Of a stretch of 37,997 nt of DNA, positions 30,200-37,997 are shown piece by piece. Source of the DNA: a virus (Duplodnaviria; Caudoviricetes); the IMG/VR virus record IMGVR_UViG_3300020044_003264, positions 1 through 37,997 of that record; one strand, written 5' to 3'. Numbering within the stretch: position 1 is the stretch's first letter; each line of letters starts with the position of its first letter. The position numbers and the translations under genes were made by a program. A model generated the notes under the pieces. The model ran no database searches, had not been told where the DNA came from, and saw only the letters and a list, made by a program, of their open reading frames with translations.

Positions 30200-30534
30200 A
30201 CGTAATAAATCTAGATGCAGAGTCAAAGCGTTTGCACGATAACGCTGTTGATAAGGGTTTCTGGGAACCAAATAATAAGGATACTCATACGATCTTCTAT
30301 CTTAAGCAGATCGCTATGATTCATTCAGAATGCTCAGAAGTTCTTGAGGCAATTCGTAAGAGCAAGGGAGAACAACAGGTTGTAGAAGAACTTGCAGACA
30401 TTATGATTAGAACGTTAGATCTCTATTGGGGTCTAAAGTTAGATGGTTATACAAATATCTCTCTTCATGACACATACTTGCAAAAGACTACATACAATGA
30501 ACAGCGTGAAAGAATGCATGGGGTGCTTGCGTGA
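30196..30534 (+). CDS. MazG-like nucleotide pyrophosphohydrolase
   Basis: IHSECSEVLEAIRK...EELADIMIR. Confidence 0.85.
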   Translation: MNVINLDAESKRLHDNAVDKGFWEPNNKDTHTIFYLKQIAMIHSECSEVLEAIRKSKGEQQVVEELADIMIRTLDLYWGLKLDGYTNISLHDTYLQKTTYNEQRERMHGVLA

Positions 30535-31547
30535 CGAATATCGAAGAGGTGCTTGCTAGTCTCAACCCAAAATTGCGTAAGAAGATTAGTTTAGGATCGG
30601 AGATTGAGCAAACCCAATTTGCCAAGACACCAAGTTTTGGATTAAATCGTGCTCTAAATGGAGGATTCCCATATGGTCGTCAAGTATTGGTGTGGGGTAA
30701 TAAGTCTTCTGGCAAGTCTTCATTTTGCCTGCAATTGATTGCTCAAGCACAACAGGAAGGCAAGGTTTGTGCATGGATTGATGCAGAGATGACCTACTCT
30801 CCAGAATGGGCTACAAAATTGGGGGTAGATAGTACAAGCCTTATTCATTCAACTGCTCGTACTATGAATGATATGGTAGATGTAGGCACAGACTTAATGA
30901 AGGCAGGAGTAGACCTTATTGTTGTTGATAGTATTTCTGCACTTCTACCTGCAATATATTTTGAAAAAGATAGCGCAGATCTAAAGCAATTGGAGAATAC
31001 AAAGCAGATTGGCGCAGAGGCAAGAGATATGACAAATGCTGTCAAGATGCTAAATTATTCAAATAATCAGGTCAAGCCTACGCTGTTGATTCTCATATCG
31101 CAGGCTCGTAATAATATTGGTGCCATGTACGTCTCACAACAGCCTACAGGAGGCATGGCAACTAAGTTCTACTCATCCACCATTGTCAAACTGTTCTCAT
31201 CAGAATCTGATAATCAAGCAATCAAGGGAAAGATTTATGTCGGAGATAAGATTATTGAAGAAAAGGTTGGCAGGAAAGTTCGTTGGGATGTTCAATTCTC
31301 AAAGACTAGCCCAGCATTCCAAACGGGAGAATATGATTTCTACTTTAGGGGAAGTGATTTGGGAGTTGACTCTATAGCCGATCTTGTTGATACCGCAGAA
31401 ATGTTAGGCTTCATTGAACGAGGAGGTGCTTGGTATACAGTTGAAGGAGAACGTTATCAAGGTAGAGAAAAGTTAATCCTTGGAGTTAAGGAAAACCTTG
31501 ATATCCAACAAGCACTAATTGAGAAGGTATCCAATGAACAACTATAG
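30531..31547 (+). CDS. recA: RecA/UvsX-like recombinase
   Basis: GGFPYGR, Walker A GNKSSGKS, WIDAE, IVVDSI, ISQAR, TGG..KFYSS, GAWY. Confidence 0.93.
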   Translation: MTNIEEVLASLNPKLRKKISLGSEIEQTQFAKTPSFGLNRALNGGFPYGRQVLVWGNKSSGKSSFCLQLIAQAQQEGKVCAWIDAEMTYSPEWATKLGVDSTSLIHSTARTMNDMVDVGTDLMKAGVDLIVVDSISALLPAIYFEKDSADLKQLENTKQIGAEARDMTNAVKMLNYSNNQVKPTLLILISQARNNIGAMYVSQQPTGGMATKFYSSTIVKLFSSESDNQAIKGKIYVGDKIIEEKVGRKVRWDVQFSKTSPAFQTGEYDFYFRGSDLGVDSIADLVDTAEMLGFIERGGAWYTVEGERYQGREKLILGVKENLDIQQALIEKVSNEQL

Positions 31548-31740
31548 TAAGCCAAACTACAATAATCGTAATCACTTAAAGCCAGTGGCAAAATTTACCA
31601 ACTACAATGGTGAGTTTATCTGTCAAAAATGTAAAGCAGAAGTAAAGAGGGCTAGGTTCTGGAAAGATACTTTTGACTTTACTTGGATGTGTGAATGCAA
31701 GTTTGTTTCAAAAGTAAACCTTTATGGAAAGGGATACTGA
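31534..31740 (+). CDS. Small Cys-rich (zinc-ribbon-like) protein
   Basis: CQKC...WMCEC; AAGG SD before ATG 31534. Confidence 0.55.
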   Translation: MNNYSKPNYNNRNHLKPVAKFTNYNGEFICQKCKAEVKRARFWKDTFDFTWMCECKFVSKVNLYGKGY

Positions 31741-32030
31741 TGACAGAGCGTGGAGAGGCGAGCAGGATAGGTGCAAAACTGCACAAGAATTCTGGTCGCA
31801 ATAATACTAAAGCAGATGCAAGTTGGAATAGTTACGTTCTTGATTTTAAGGAATTTAGTAAATCTTTTAGCATCACTCAAAATGTTTGGGCAAAAGTAGT
31901 AACAGATACCTTAAGGGTTGACAAACAGAAGTCTCCTGCGATATGCTTAATCCTTGATGGTAAAACTAGACTTGCCATAATTGAATGGTCTGAATTTGAA
32001 AGGTTGGTCGAAAATGACAACGACTCTTGA
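31740..32030 (+). CDS. PD-(D/E)XK nuclease, Hjc-like Holliday junction resolvase
   Basis: E...NSG...KAD...LDFKE motif; TGATG coupling. Confidence 0.65.
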   Translation: MTERGEASRIGAKLHKNSGRNNTKADASWNSYVLDFKEFSKSFSITQNVWAKVVTDTLRVDKQKSPAICLILDGKTRLAIIEWSEFERLVENDNDS

Positions 32031-32310
32031 ACAGATTAACGATCTGTATGAAATTGCAGAGTACATGAATGATCCAGAGTTGACCTCAGCATTAGAGTTT
32101 ATTGCCAAAGTTATCTTTAAGCCAGATATTCCACCACACGTTGCTACCGTAGAGATAGTTAGAATGCAAGCAATTGCAGCAAAACTTCAAATGCGAGCAA
32201 CATGGATGGCTAATGTAGACAAAAGTAATAGGGATAAAAAGAATATCTATTACACCGCAGCGGCAGAGGTAGATAAAGTCGTTGCCGCATTAAAGTTTCT
32301 ATTAAAGTAG
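32014..32310 (+). CDS. Hypothetical helical protein
   Basis: 98 aa from ATG 32014, overlapping the previous gene. Confidence 0.55.
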   Translation: MTTTLEQINDLYEIAEYMNDPELTSALEFIAKVIFKPDIPPHVATVEIVRMQAIAAKLQMRATWMANVDKSNRDKKNIYYTAAAEVDKVVAALKFLLK

Positions 32311-32343
32311 GGTACAATTATGTTTTACAAACAAAGGATAATA

Positions 32344-33114
32344 ATGGCTAAAAACTTTTTAAAACAAGTAATGGATAAGCAACCAGAGGGAGCAATAGAC
32401 ACCAAGGCGTTTATTGAAAAGATTGAATCTGGCTATATCGCAGGTAAGGGGCAGCCAGAGTTTAAAACAAAAAAGACTTTTAGCCCATCCTCTCTTGTGT
32501 ATGGAAACGGTGCGTGCCCTAGATATTGGTGGTTAGCATTTACTGGAACAGAATTTGTTGATGATCACGATCCATATGCTGTAGCAAATATGAGTTCTGG
32601 AACAATGAGTCATGAGCGAATTCAGAAAGCAATTGAAGATGCTGGAATGATGGTTGAAAAAGAAAAGAGGATCATCACTCAAGATCCACCAATCTTTGGT
32701 TTTGCAGATGCTGTCGTCCAGTGGGGCGAAGAGCAGCCAGTAGTAGAAATCAAGACAATGAGAGATGAAGCCTTTGCTTATAGGAAGTATGCAAAGCCAC
32801 CTTCATACCACTTAATGCAGTTGGTTATCTATATGAAGGTTCTTGGAAAGAAGTTAGGAATTCTTCTTTATGAGAATAAGAACTCTCATGAACTTCATGC
32901 CATCACTGTTGAGCCTACACCAGAACTTATTGAATGGGCAGACTATGCTTTTGATTGGATGAGAAAAGTTCGTCATCAATGGGAGAGTGAGGAGATTCCT
33001 CAAAAGACCTATAGGTCTAATTCAAAGGTATGCAAGGGATGCCCAGTATCAGCAGCATGTGCTCTTGCTCCAAAGGGCAAGGAGAAGATTGAACCTCTGG
33101 AGTATCTTGCATGA
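32344..33114 (+). CDS. Cas4-like / RecB-family exonuclease
   Basis: CPR..., H, GFAD, VEIKT, Q...Y and C-terminal CKGC.....C (four-Cys Fe-S pattern). SD AAAGGA before ATG 32344. Confidence 0.85.
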   Translation: MAKNFLKQVMDKQPEGAIDTKAFIEKIESGYIAGKGQPEFKTKKTFSPSSLVYGNGACPRYWWLAFTGTEFVDDHDPYAVANMSSGTMSHERIQKAIEDAGMMVEKEKRIITQDPPIFGFADAVVQWGEEQPVVEIKTMRDEAFAYRKYAKPPSYHLMQLVIYMKVLGKKLGILLYENKNSHELHAITVEPTPELIEWADYAFDWMRKVRHQWESEEIPQKTYRSNSKVCKGCPVSAACALAPKGKEKIEPLEYLA

Positions 33115-33407
33115 AAACTTGCGACTGGTGCGGCAATAACTTTGTTGCAAATGTTAGTTATCAAATTTATTGCTCACCAGAATGCAGGGAACTTTCCACT
33201 AAAGAAAAGGTAAGTGAAAGACAAAGAAATAAAAAAATGCAGTCTTTTAGAGGGAAGAAGAGATATTGTTCTACCGGATGTGGAACCCTTCTATCTATTT
33301 ATAACTCAAAGAAACGCTGTAACCAATGCAATGTTGATGTAAATAAAATTGACAAAGCATTAAAACAACTTAAAGGAATAATAGATTATGAAAGAATTGA
33401 CGATTAG
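33111..33407 (+). CDS. Multi-Cys zinc-finger protein
   Basis: CDWC, CSPEC, CSTGC, CNQC. Confidence 0.65.
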   Translation: MKTCDWCGNNFVANVSYQIYCSPECRELSTKEKVSERQRNKKMQSFRGKKRYCSTGCGTLLSIYNSKKRCNQCNVDVNKIDKALKQLKGIIDYERIDD

Positions 33408-33954
33408 ACCAAGGTCATTTTGCTCTATTGATGCCAGCACTAACAGTCTAGCGTTTGCATATTTCTATGAAGAGAAGTTAAAGAGTTATGGAAAGATTAA
33501 GTATTTTGGAAGCGATATCTATGAAAAGATTATTGATACTGCATACAAAACAAAGGCATTCTTTGAAAACTTTGAAGATGTAGAATACATGGTGATAGAG
33601 CAAGTGATCTATATGAATTCACCGAAGACCGCTGCAAATCTTGCAATGAGTCATGGTGCGCTTGTTGCTGCTGCCGGAATAGCAGGTATAAATCATATTG
33701 CAAGCGTTAGCCCAATGCAATGGCAGAATTGGTCGGGGAATAAAAGATTGACCGCAGAAGAAAAAGAAAAGATTCGTAATGCAAATCCAGACAAGTCTGC
33801 TTCTTGGTATAAGACTCAAGAAAGATTATTTCGTAAACAAAAAACAATAAGGTTTGTCAATGAAAAGTTTAATGTAAAGATTGATGATGATGATGTAGCA
33901 GATGCAGTCTGTATAGGAGCCTGGAGTATTGACAATTGGGGAAAGGTGTTCTAG
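33388..33954 (+). CDS. RuvC-like Holliday junction resolvase
   Basis: SIDAST, VIEQ, P..WQ, DDVADAVCIG acidic residues of the RNase H fold. Confidence 0.8.
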   Translation: MKELTIRPRSFCSIDASTNSLAFAYFYEEKLKSYGKIKYFGSDIYEKIIDTAYKTKAFFENFEDVEYMVIEQVIYMNSPKTAANLAMSHGALVAAAGIAGINHIASVSPMQWQNWSGNKRLTAEEKEKIRNANPDKSASWYKTQERLFRKQKTIRFVNEKFNVKIDDDDVADAVCIGAWSIDNWGKVF

Positions 33955-33957
33955 AAT

Positions 33958-34110
33958 ATGGCTAAGAACGTTGGCCTGCATCATTCAGAGGCATATCTAA
34001 AGAAGCGTCTATATTTAGACAAAAAGACACCAGAGCAAATTGCCACAGAATGTGGGGTAAGTTTGCAAATCATATATCGACAGATGAAAAAGTTTGGATT
34101 AAAAAAATGA
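33958..34110 (+). CDS. 50-aa HTH DNA-binding protein (absent from the ORF track)
   Basis: MAKNVGLHHSEAYLKKRLYLDKKTPEQIATECGVSLQIIYRQMKKFGLKK*; SD GAAAGGTG; ATGA overlap with the next gene. Confidence 0.8.
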   Translation: MAKNVGLHHSEAYLKKRLYLDKKTPEQIATECGVSLQIIYRQMKKFGLKK

Positions 34111-34328
34111 AGGACATGGTAAATCATCCACCTCACTATACGAGTGATCCATCTGGCGTAGAGTGCATACAGATTACTCGTCACAGAAATTTTAATGTTG
34201 GTAATGCCATTAAATATCTTTGGAGAGCAGGAATAAAGGATGATGCTAAGCAAATTGAAGATTTAAAAAAGGCTATTTTCTATATTAATGATGAAATTAA
34301 TAGGCTAGAAAATAGTAAATTTATGTGA
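34107..34328 (+). CDS. DUF3310 (SaV-like) protein
   Basis: VNHPPHY...IECI...GNAIKYLWRAGIK...EDLKKA. Confidence 0.85.
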   Translation: MKDMVNHPPHYTSDPSGVECIQITRHRNFNVGNAIKYLWRAGIKDDAKQIEDLKKAIFYINDEINRLENSKFM

Positions 34329-34339
34329 TTTATTTCACA
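34324..34339. promoter_or_regulatory. CRP/GlxR-type palindromic site TGTGA-N6-TCACA
   Basis: aTGTGA tttatt TCACAt, a perfect match to the consensus. Confidence 0.6.
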
Positions 34340-34355
34340 TCTCCCCTATAAACCA

Positions 34356-34385
34356 TTGGCAATAGAGCATATTTTGTGTTATGCT
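34356..34385 (+). promoter_or_regulatory. Promoter of the transglycosylase gene
   Basis: TTGGCA-N18-TATGCT with extended TG; SD AAGGAGG downstream. Confidence 0.55.
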
Positions 34386-34417
34386 AGATAACTGTTGCCG
34401 CCGCAAGGAGGAATCAA

Positions 34418-34963
34418 ATGACGAAAACGAAACTGGTAGGAGGAATTATGGCTAGCATTATGGCAATAACTTTAGTTACAGCCTCTGCTAACGCTGCTTC
34501 AACCGAACAGGTGTATGCTAAGTCAAATGCACCTATTGCGACGGAGGCTTTTATGAATAAGCCTGTCGTAAGAATGGCTATTCAAGAGCCAAAGAGTACC
34601 TGTAAGAATTGGCTTTCTAAATCGTTAAAGCAAGCAGGTTTTAAGGGAAAGGGATTGAAGATTGCTTGGTCTATTGCTATGAGAGAAAGTGGAGGAAGAG
34701 CAGATGCTATTTCTTCTACTGGAGACTATGGAGTTTTTCAATTCAATCGCGCAGCGTGGGGAAAGCAACCTTGGTGGGACACATCAAAGATGCTCACACG
34801 CAACTACAATATCATGATTGCCTATAGCATTTCGCAACATGGTAAAACCTTTTATCCTTGGGATATTGATGGTCGTGGAAATCACAAGGGCGTATATACA
34901 TCTGCGTCTGTTTATAATAAATACAAGTCGTGGTACAACAAGTATCCGACAACCTGTAAGTAG
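34418..34963 (+). CDS. Secreted lysozyme-like / SLT (Rpf-like) lytic transglycosylase
   Basis: Signal peptide MTKTKLVGGIMASIMAITLVTASANA; catalytic IAMRESGG...DYGVFQFN; later PW motif. Confidence 0.8.
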   Translation: MTKTKLVGGIMASIMAITLVTASANAASTEQVYAKSNAPIATEAFMNKPVVRMAIQEPKSTCKNWLSKSLKQAGFKGKGLKIAWSIAMRESGGRADAISSTGDYGVFQFNRAAWGKQPWWDTSKMLTRNYNIMIAYSISQHGKTFYPWDIDGRGNHKGVYTSASVYNKYKSWYNKYPTTCK

Positions 34964-34967
34964 TAGA

Positions 34968-35019
34968 TGGCGGGATAAGGTAACCAATTCAAACAGGTGG
35001 CAACAACCTTATCCCGCCA
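34968..35019 (+). terminator. 14-bp perfect inverted repeat with a 24-nt loop (terminator or regulatory structure)
   Basis: TGGCGGGATAAGGT (34968-34981) / ACCTTATCCCGCCA (35006-35019); no U-tract follows. Confidence 0.45.
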
Positions 35020-35038
35020 CTGCTATACTAGTGGCATT

Positions 35039-35563
35039 ATGATAGATATTATTGAACATATGGAGGAAGTAAATAAAGTAGCCTCCGAATATATAAAAGG
35101 ATTTAATGAGACTGAGATCTCTAAAGAACTTGACATACCGAGAGCCAGAGTATCTTCTCTTCTTAGAGAATGGAAAACAATGGCGTCTAACTCAGAGGCA
35201 GTTAGATCAAGAGCAAGAGAAGCCCTTGCTGGAGCAGATCAACATTACAGTAAGTTGATCAAGCAATCCTATGAAGTTATTGAAGATGCAAACACTCAAG
35301 GTAGCCTTTCAGCAAAGACAACTGCAATTAAACTTATTCTAGATATTGAATCTAAAAGAATAGATATGCTTCAAAAAGCAGGGCTATTAGAAAATAAGGA
35401 ACTCTCAGATCAGTTATTGGAAACAGAAAGAAAACAAGAACTACTAATGAAGATCTTAGTAGAAGTATCTGGCAAGTGTCCAACGTGCAAACTAAAAGTT
35501 CTTGATCGCCTATCAGAAGTATCTGGTCCAAATGGAGATGCCGTGGTAATCCATGAATCTTGA
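35039..35563 (+). CDS. Probable terminase small subunit (HTH)
   Basis: GFNETEISKELDIPRARVSSLL HTH plus helical region, directly upstream of terL. TGCTATACT at 35021-35029 favours a start at 35039. Confidence 0.65.
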   Translation: MIDIIEHMEEVNKVASEYIKGFNETEISKELDIPRARVSSLLREWKTMASNSEAVRSRAREALAGADQHYSKLIKQSYEVIEDANTQGSLSAKTTAIKLILDIESKRIDMLQKAGLLENKELSDQLLETERKQELLMKILVEVSGKCPTCKLKVLDRLSEVSGPNGDAVVIHES

Positions 35564-37334
35564 TCTGTCAGAATTCCTTAGCGCCCTTGATGAGTCTCCA
35601 TTTGAAGAGAGTCCAGTAGACCTTGACACATTCCTTCATGATCCTCAATATTTAGATCAGCCAGAACTATCACAGATCCAAAGAGATCTTGTAGAGGCCA
35701 TGAGTCAAATCTATAAAGAAGATGACCTTATTAGGTTCATGGGATATGAAGAAGGTAAAGCACACTTTAAAAAATATACTAAAGCAGAGGTGCTTCTTCA
35801 CTTAGGCAAGGGATCTGGTAAAGATCATACGTCTACCATTGGTTGTGCATACCTTGTATATAAACTCCTATGCTTAAAAGATCCCGCAAGATACTTTGGT
35901 AAACCACCCGGTGATGCTATTGATATTATCAATGTCGCGGTAAACGCTCAACAGGCAAAGAATGTATTCTTTAAAGGATTTAAGAATAAGATTGCTCGTT
36001 CCCCTTGGTTTGCAGGCAAGTATGATGCAAAGGCTGATAGCATTGAGTTTGACAGAGCAATAACCGTATACTCTGGTCACTCTGAAAGAGAGGGACATGA
36101 AGGTCTTAATCTTATCCTTGCAATCCTTGATGAAATTTCTGGATTTGCTCAAGAGTCTGCATCAGGAAATGAAAATGCAAAAACTGGCGATGCTATTTAT
36201 AAGGCATTCCGCGCTTCAGTAGACTCTCGTTTCCCAGATTTTGGAAAAGTAATCCTTCTGTCATTTCCTCGTTACCCAGGAGATTTTATTTCTAAAAGGT
36301 ACGATGAGGTTGTTGCAGAAAAAGATGTTGAGTATAAATCACACACATTTATTATTAATGAAGAACTTCCACATGATTCAATAGATAATCAGTTTACTAT
36401 TGAATGGACAGAGGATCATATAATATCTTATAAATATCCTGGGGTATATGCAATTAAACGTCCAACATGGGATGCAAATCCAACAAGAAAAATTGAAGAC
36501 TTTAAGATAGCGTTTATGACAGATAATGCAGATGCTATGCAGAGATTTGCTTGTATGCCATCATTTTCCTCTGATGCATTCTTTAAAGATAAGCAGGTAT
36601 TAGAACGATCAATGTGCTTGCATAACCCTATTGATCAATCTAAAAGAATTGAACCAGTATGGCAACCAAAAGAGGATATAAGATATTATCTTCATGCTGA
36701 TCTTGCACAGAAACATGACAAATGCGCTATTGCAATTGCACATGTAGACAAATGGGTTCAAGTAAGAACCTTTAACGATTACACTCAAATACATCCTTTT
36801 ATTATTGTTGATGCAATTGTTTGGTGGGAGCCTAGAAAAGAAGGTCCAGTCAACCTATCTGAAGTAAAGGATTGGATTGTTAACTTTAGAAGACAAGGAT
36901 TCCAGTTGGGCCTTGTGACATTTGACAGATGGCAGTCGTTTGATATTCAACAAGAACTTAAGTCTGTGGGAATAAAGACTGATACGTTGTCTGTGGGGAA
37001 AAAGCACTATGAAGACCTTGCAATGCTTTACTACGAGAACCGTGTCATGATGCCTCATATTGATATTCTCTTGCAGGAAATGAGCGAGTTAAAGATCATT
37101 AACGATAGAAAGGTTGATCACCCTAGAAAGGGCTCTAAGGATCTCTCAGATGCCGTTACAGGGGCGGTATACAATGCAATAGCCCATACTCCTCGTAATA
37201 TCAATCAAGAGATTGATATTCATGATTATAAATCAATGACTACGGATATTTCACTATTACTAGCATCTACCCCGTTATTTCTAGCAGCAGATCTATTAAA
37301 ATCACCCTCATTATTTCCTAATATTATTTCATAA
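35553..37334 (+). CDS. terL: Terminase large subunit; the last ~30 codons derive from a rearranged segment
   Basis: Walker A GKGSGKD, Walker B ILDE, LLSFPR, HADLAQKHD, TFDRWQS, VDHPRKGSKDLSDA. Confidence 0.92.
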   Translation: MNLDLSEFLSALDESPFEESPVDLDTFLHDPQYLDQPELSQIQRDLVEAMSQIYKEDDLIRFMGYEEGKAHFKKYTKAEVLLHLGKGSGKDHTSTIGCAYLVYKLLCLKDPARYFGKPPGDAIDIINVAVNAQQAKNVFFKGFKNKIARSPWFAGKYDAKADSIEFDRAITVYSGHSEREGHEGLNLILAILDEISGFAQESASGNENAKTGDAIYKAFRASVDSRFPDFGKVILLSFPRYPGDFISKRYDEVVAEKDVEYKSHTFIINEELPHDSIDNQFTIEWTEDHIISYKYPGVYAIKRPTWDANPTRKIEDFKIAFMTDNADAMQRFACMPSFSSDAFFKDKQVLERSMCLHNPIDQSKRIEPVWQPKEDIRYYLHADLAQKHDKCAIAIAHVDKWVQVRTFNDYTQIHPFIIVDAIVWWEPRKEGPVNLSEVKDWIVNFRRQGFQLGLVTFDRWQSFDIQQELKSVGIKTDTLSVGKKHYEDLAMLYYENRVMMPHIDILLQEMSELKIINDRKVDHPRKGSKDLSDAVTGAVYNAIAHTPRNINQEIDIHDYKSMTTDISLLLASTPLFLAADLLKSPSLFPNIIS

Positions 37335-37426
37335 TAATCTGAATAATAATTAAATAAAAAATCAAAATGTTTTTTTCTCCAAGGCTCTCCAGTATCTCTC
37401 CAAGGAATAATTACTTGTTGTCTCAT
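37226..37426 (-). pseudogene. N-terminal fragment of a GT2/GT7-like glycosyltransferase, cut at the DxD motif
   Basis: VIIPWRD...FNRSAARNNGV...VVID then L*, where DAD would be expected. Confidence 0.7.
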
Positions 37427-37770
37427 TAACTATCACCATGTTTTCTTATAAAATATTTTTGATTATTAAGAATTAATGAAATTTGTTTTTTTTCTTCTCG
37501 GCTATGCCATAAGTGTCCACCAAAACCATCAACTCTTTTTAACTTGATTCCTTTAGATTCTCTTGTAGCAAGAAGATCAGAATCTTCATATCCCCATCCA
37601 ATAAAATTAATATCATATCCACCATAATCAAAAAATATATCTTTTGTCATGCATATTGCACCACCTACGGCAAAGTTTTTTGATTTGTTAGATGATATAA
37701 AATTTATTATGTTATCTTTATAAATTTTATTTGTAACCTCTTTGTCAAAAGAATAGAAGTCAGTAAAGGT
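37426..37770 (-). pseudogene. C-terminal fragment of a galactosyltransferase-like (GT7 C-domain) glycosyltransferase
   Basis: GGAI...GGYDINFIGWGYEDSD...HLWH; no N-terminal half on this strand. Confidence 0.75.
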
Positions 37771-37803
37771 TGGACTCAAGCCACAATTGCGTAAAAAGTA
37801 TAG

Positions 37804-37997
37804 ATGAGTAGTATAATTATTCCTTGGAGAGATAGTGGATCTGAATCAAGACTATTAGCATTTAAATATATATTAAAACATATGGAAAAATATAATCCAA
37901 TAGTTATAGATGATAAGTCCACAATCTTTTCAAGATCTGGTTCTAGAAACTTAGGGGCATCAATATCAAAAAATAATCCAATAATGTTTTTAGATGC
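37804..37997 (+). CDS. N-terminus of a GT2/GT7-like glycosyltransferase, runs off the window
   Basis: MSSIIIPWRDSGSESRLLAFKYILKHMEKYNPIVIDDKSTIFSRSGSRNLGASISKNNPIMFLDA; not in the ORF track. Confidence 0.8.
   Translation, partial: MSSIIIPWRDSGSESRLLAFKYILKHMEKYNPIVIDDKSTIFSRSGSRNLGASISKNNPIMFLD

Noticed and set aside
32344-33114. Cas4-like gene as evidence of CRISPR-Cas
   Set aside because: No repeat-spacer array or other cas genes are visible; solo Cas4-like nucleases are common in phage replication modules.
934-37058. Many short shadow ORFs on the minus strand or in alternative frames
   Set aside because: They lie within long, motif-supported + strand genes and show no recognisable motifs.
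23750-37240. Inteins or introns in DnaB, DnaE, RecA or TerL
   Set aside because: Lengths are ordinary, catalytic motifs are contiguous, and no splice or homing motifs were seen.
37241-37334. Genuine antisense overlap between terL and a GT gene
   Set aside because: The GT is truncated at its DxD motif, so the overlap is better explained as a rearrangement joint.
37930-37940. TCAAGATCTGG identical to the right inversion boundary (13491-13501)
   Set aside because: It encodes S-R-S-G in the GT motif and is not at either terminal joint; probably chance.

Overview
This window is part of an AT-rich, large lytic siphovirus-type phage genome with almost all genes on the + strand. Gene content and order suggest an actinobacterial host (inference). 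The order is: head-tail joining and tail genes (1-22.3 kb), replication/recombination genes (22.3-34.3 kb), a secreted lytic-transglycosylase-like gene, terminase subunits, and glycosyltransferase fragments. Main observations: (1) The 3206-aa tape measure carries three copies of a lambda gpH C-terminal-like motif. Next to the two internal copies lie candidate enzyme domains: an R-S-ExE ADP-ribosyltransferase and two His-Asn nuclease-like segments. (2) A 225-bp segment between ATCTTG/CAAGAT inverted repeats is flipped and breaks the tail-tip gene; re-inverting it restores one 2061-aa ORF. (3) A perfect CRP box and promoter precede the signal-peptide transglycosylase. (4) A ~75-aa beta module is repeatedly, sometimes nestedly, inserted into tail proteins. 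(5) The 3' end of terL is joined to inverted glycosyltransferase fragments, probably a chimera, which also raises the chance that (2) is an artefact. All calls come from motif reading only; no database searches were run.
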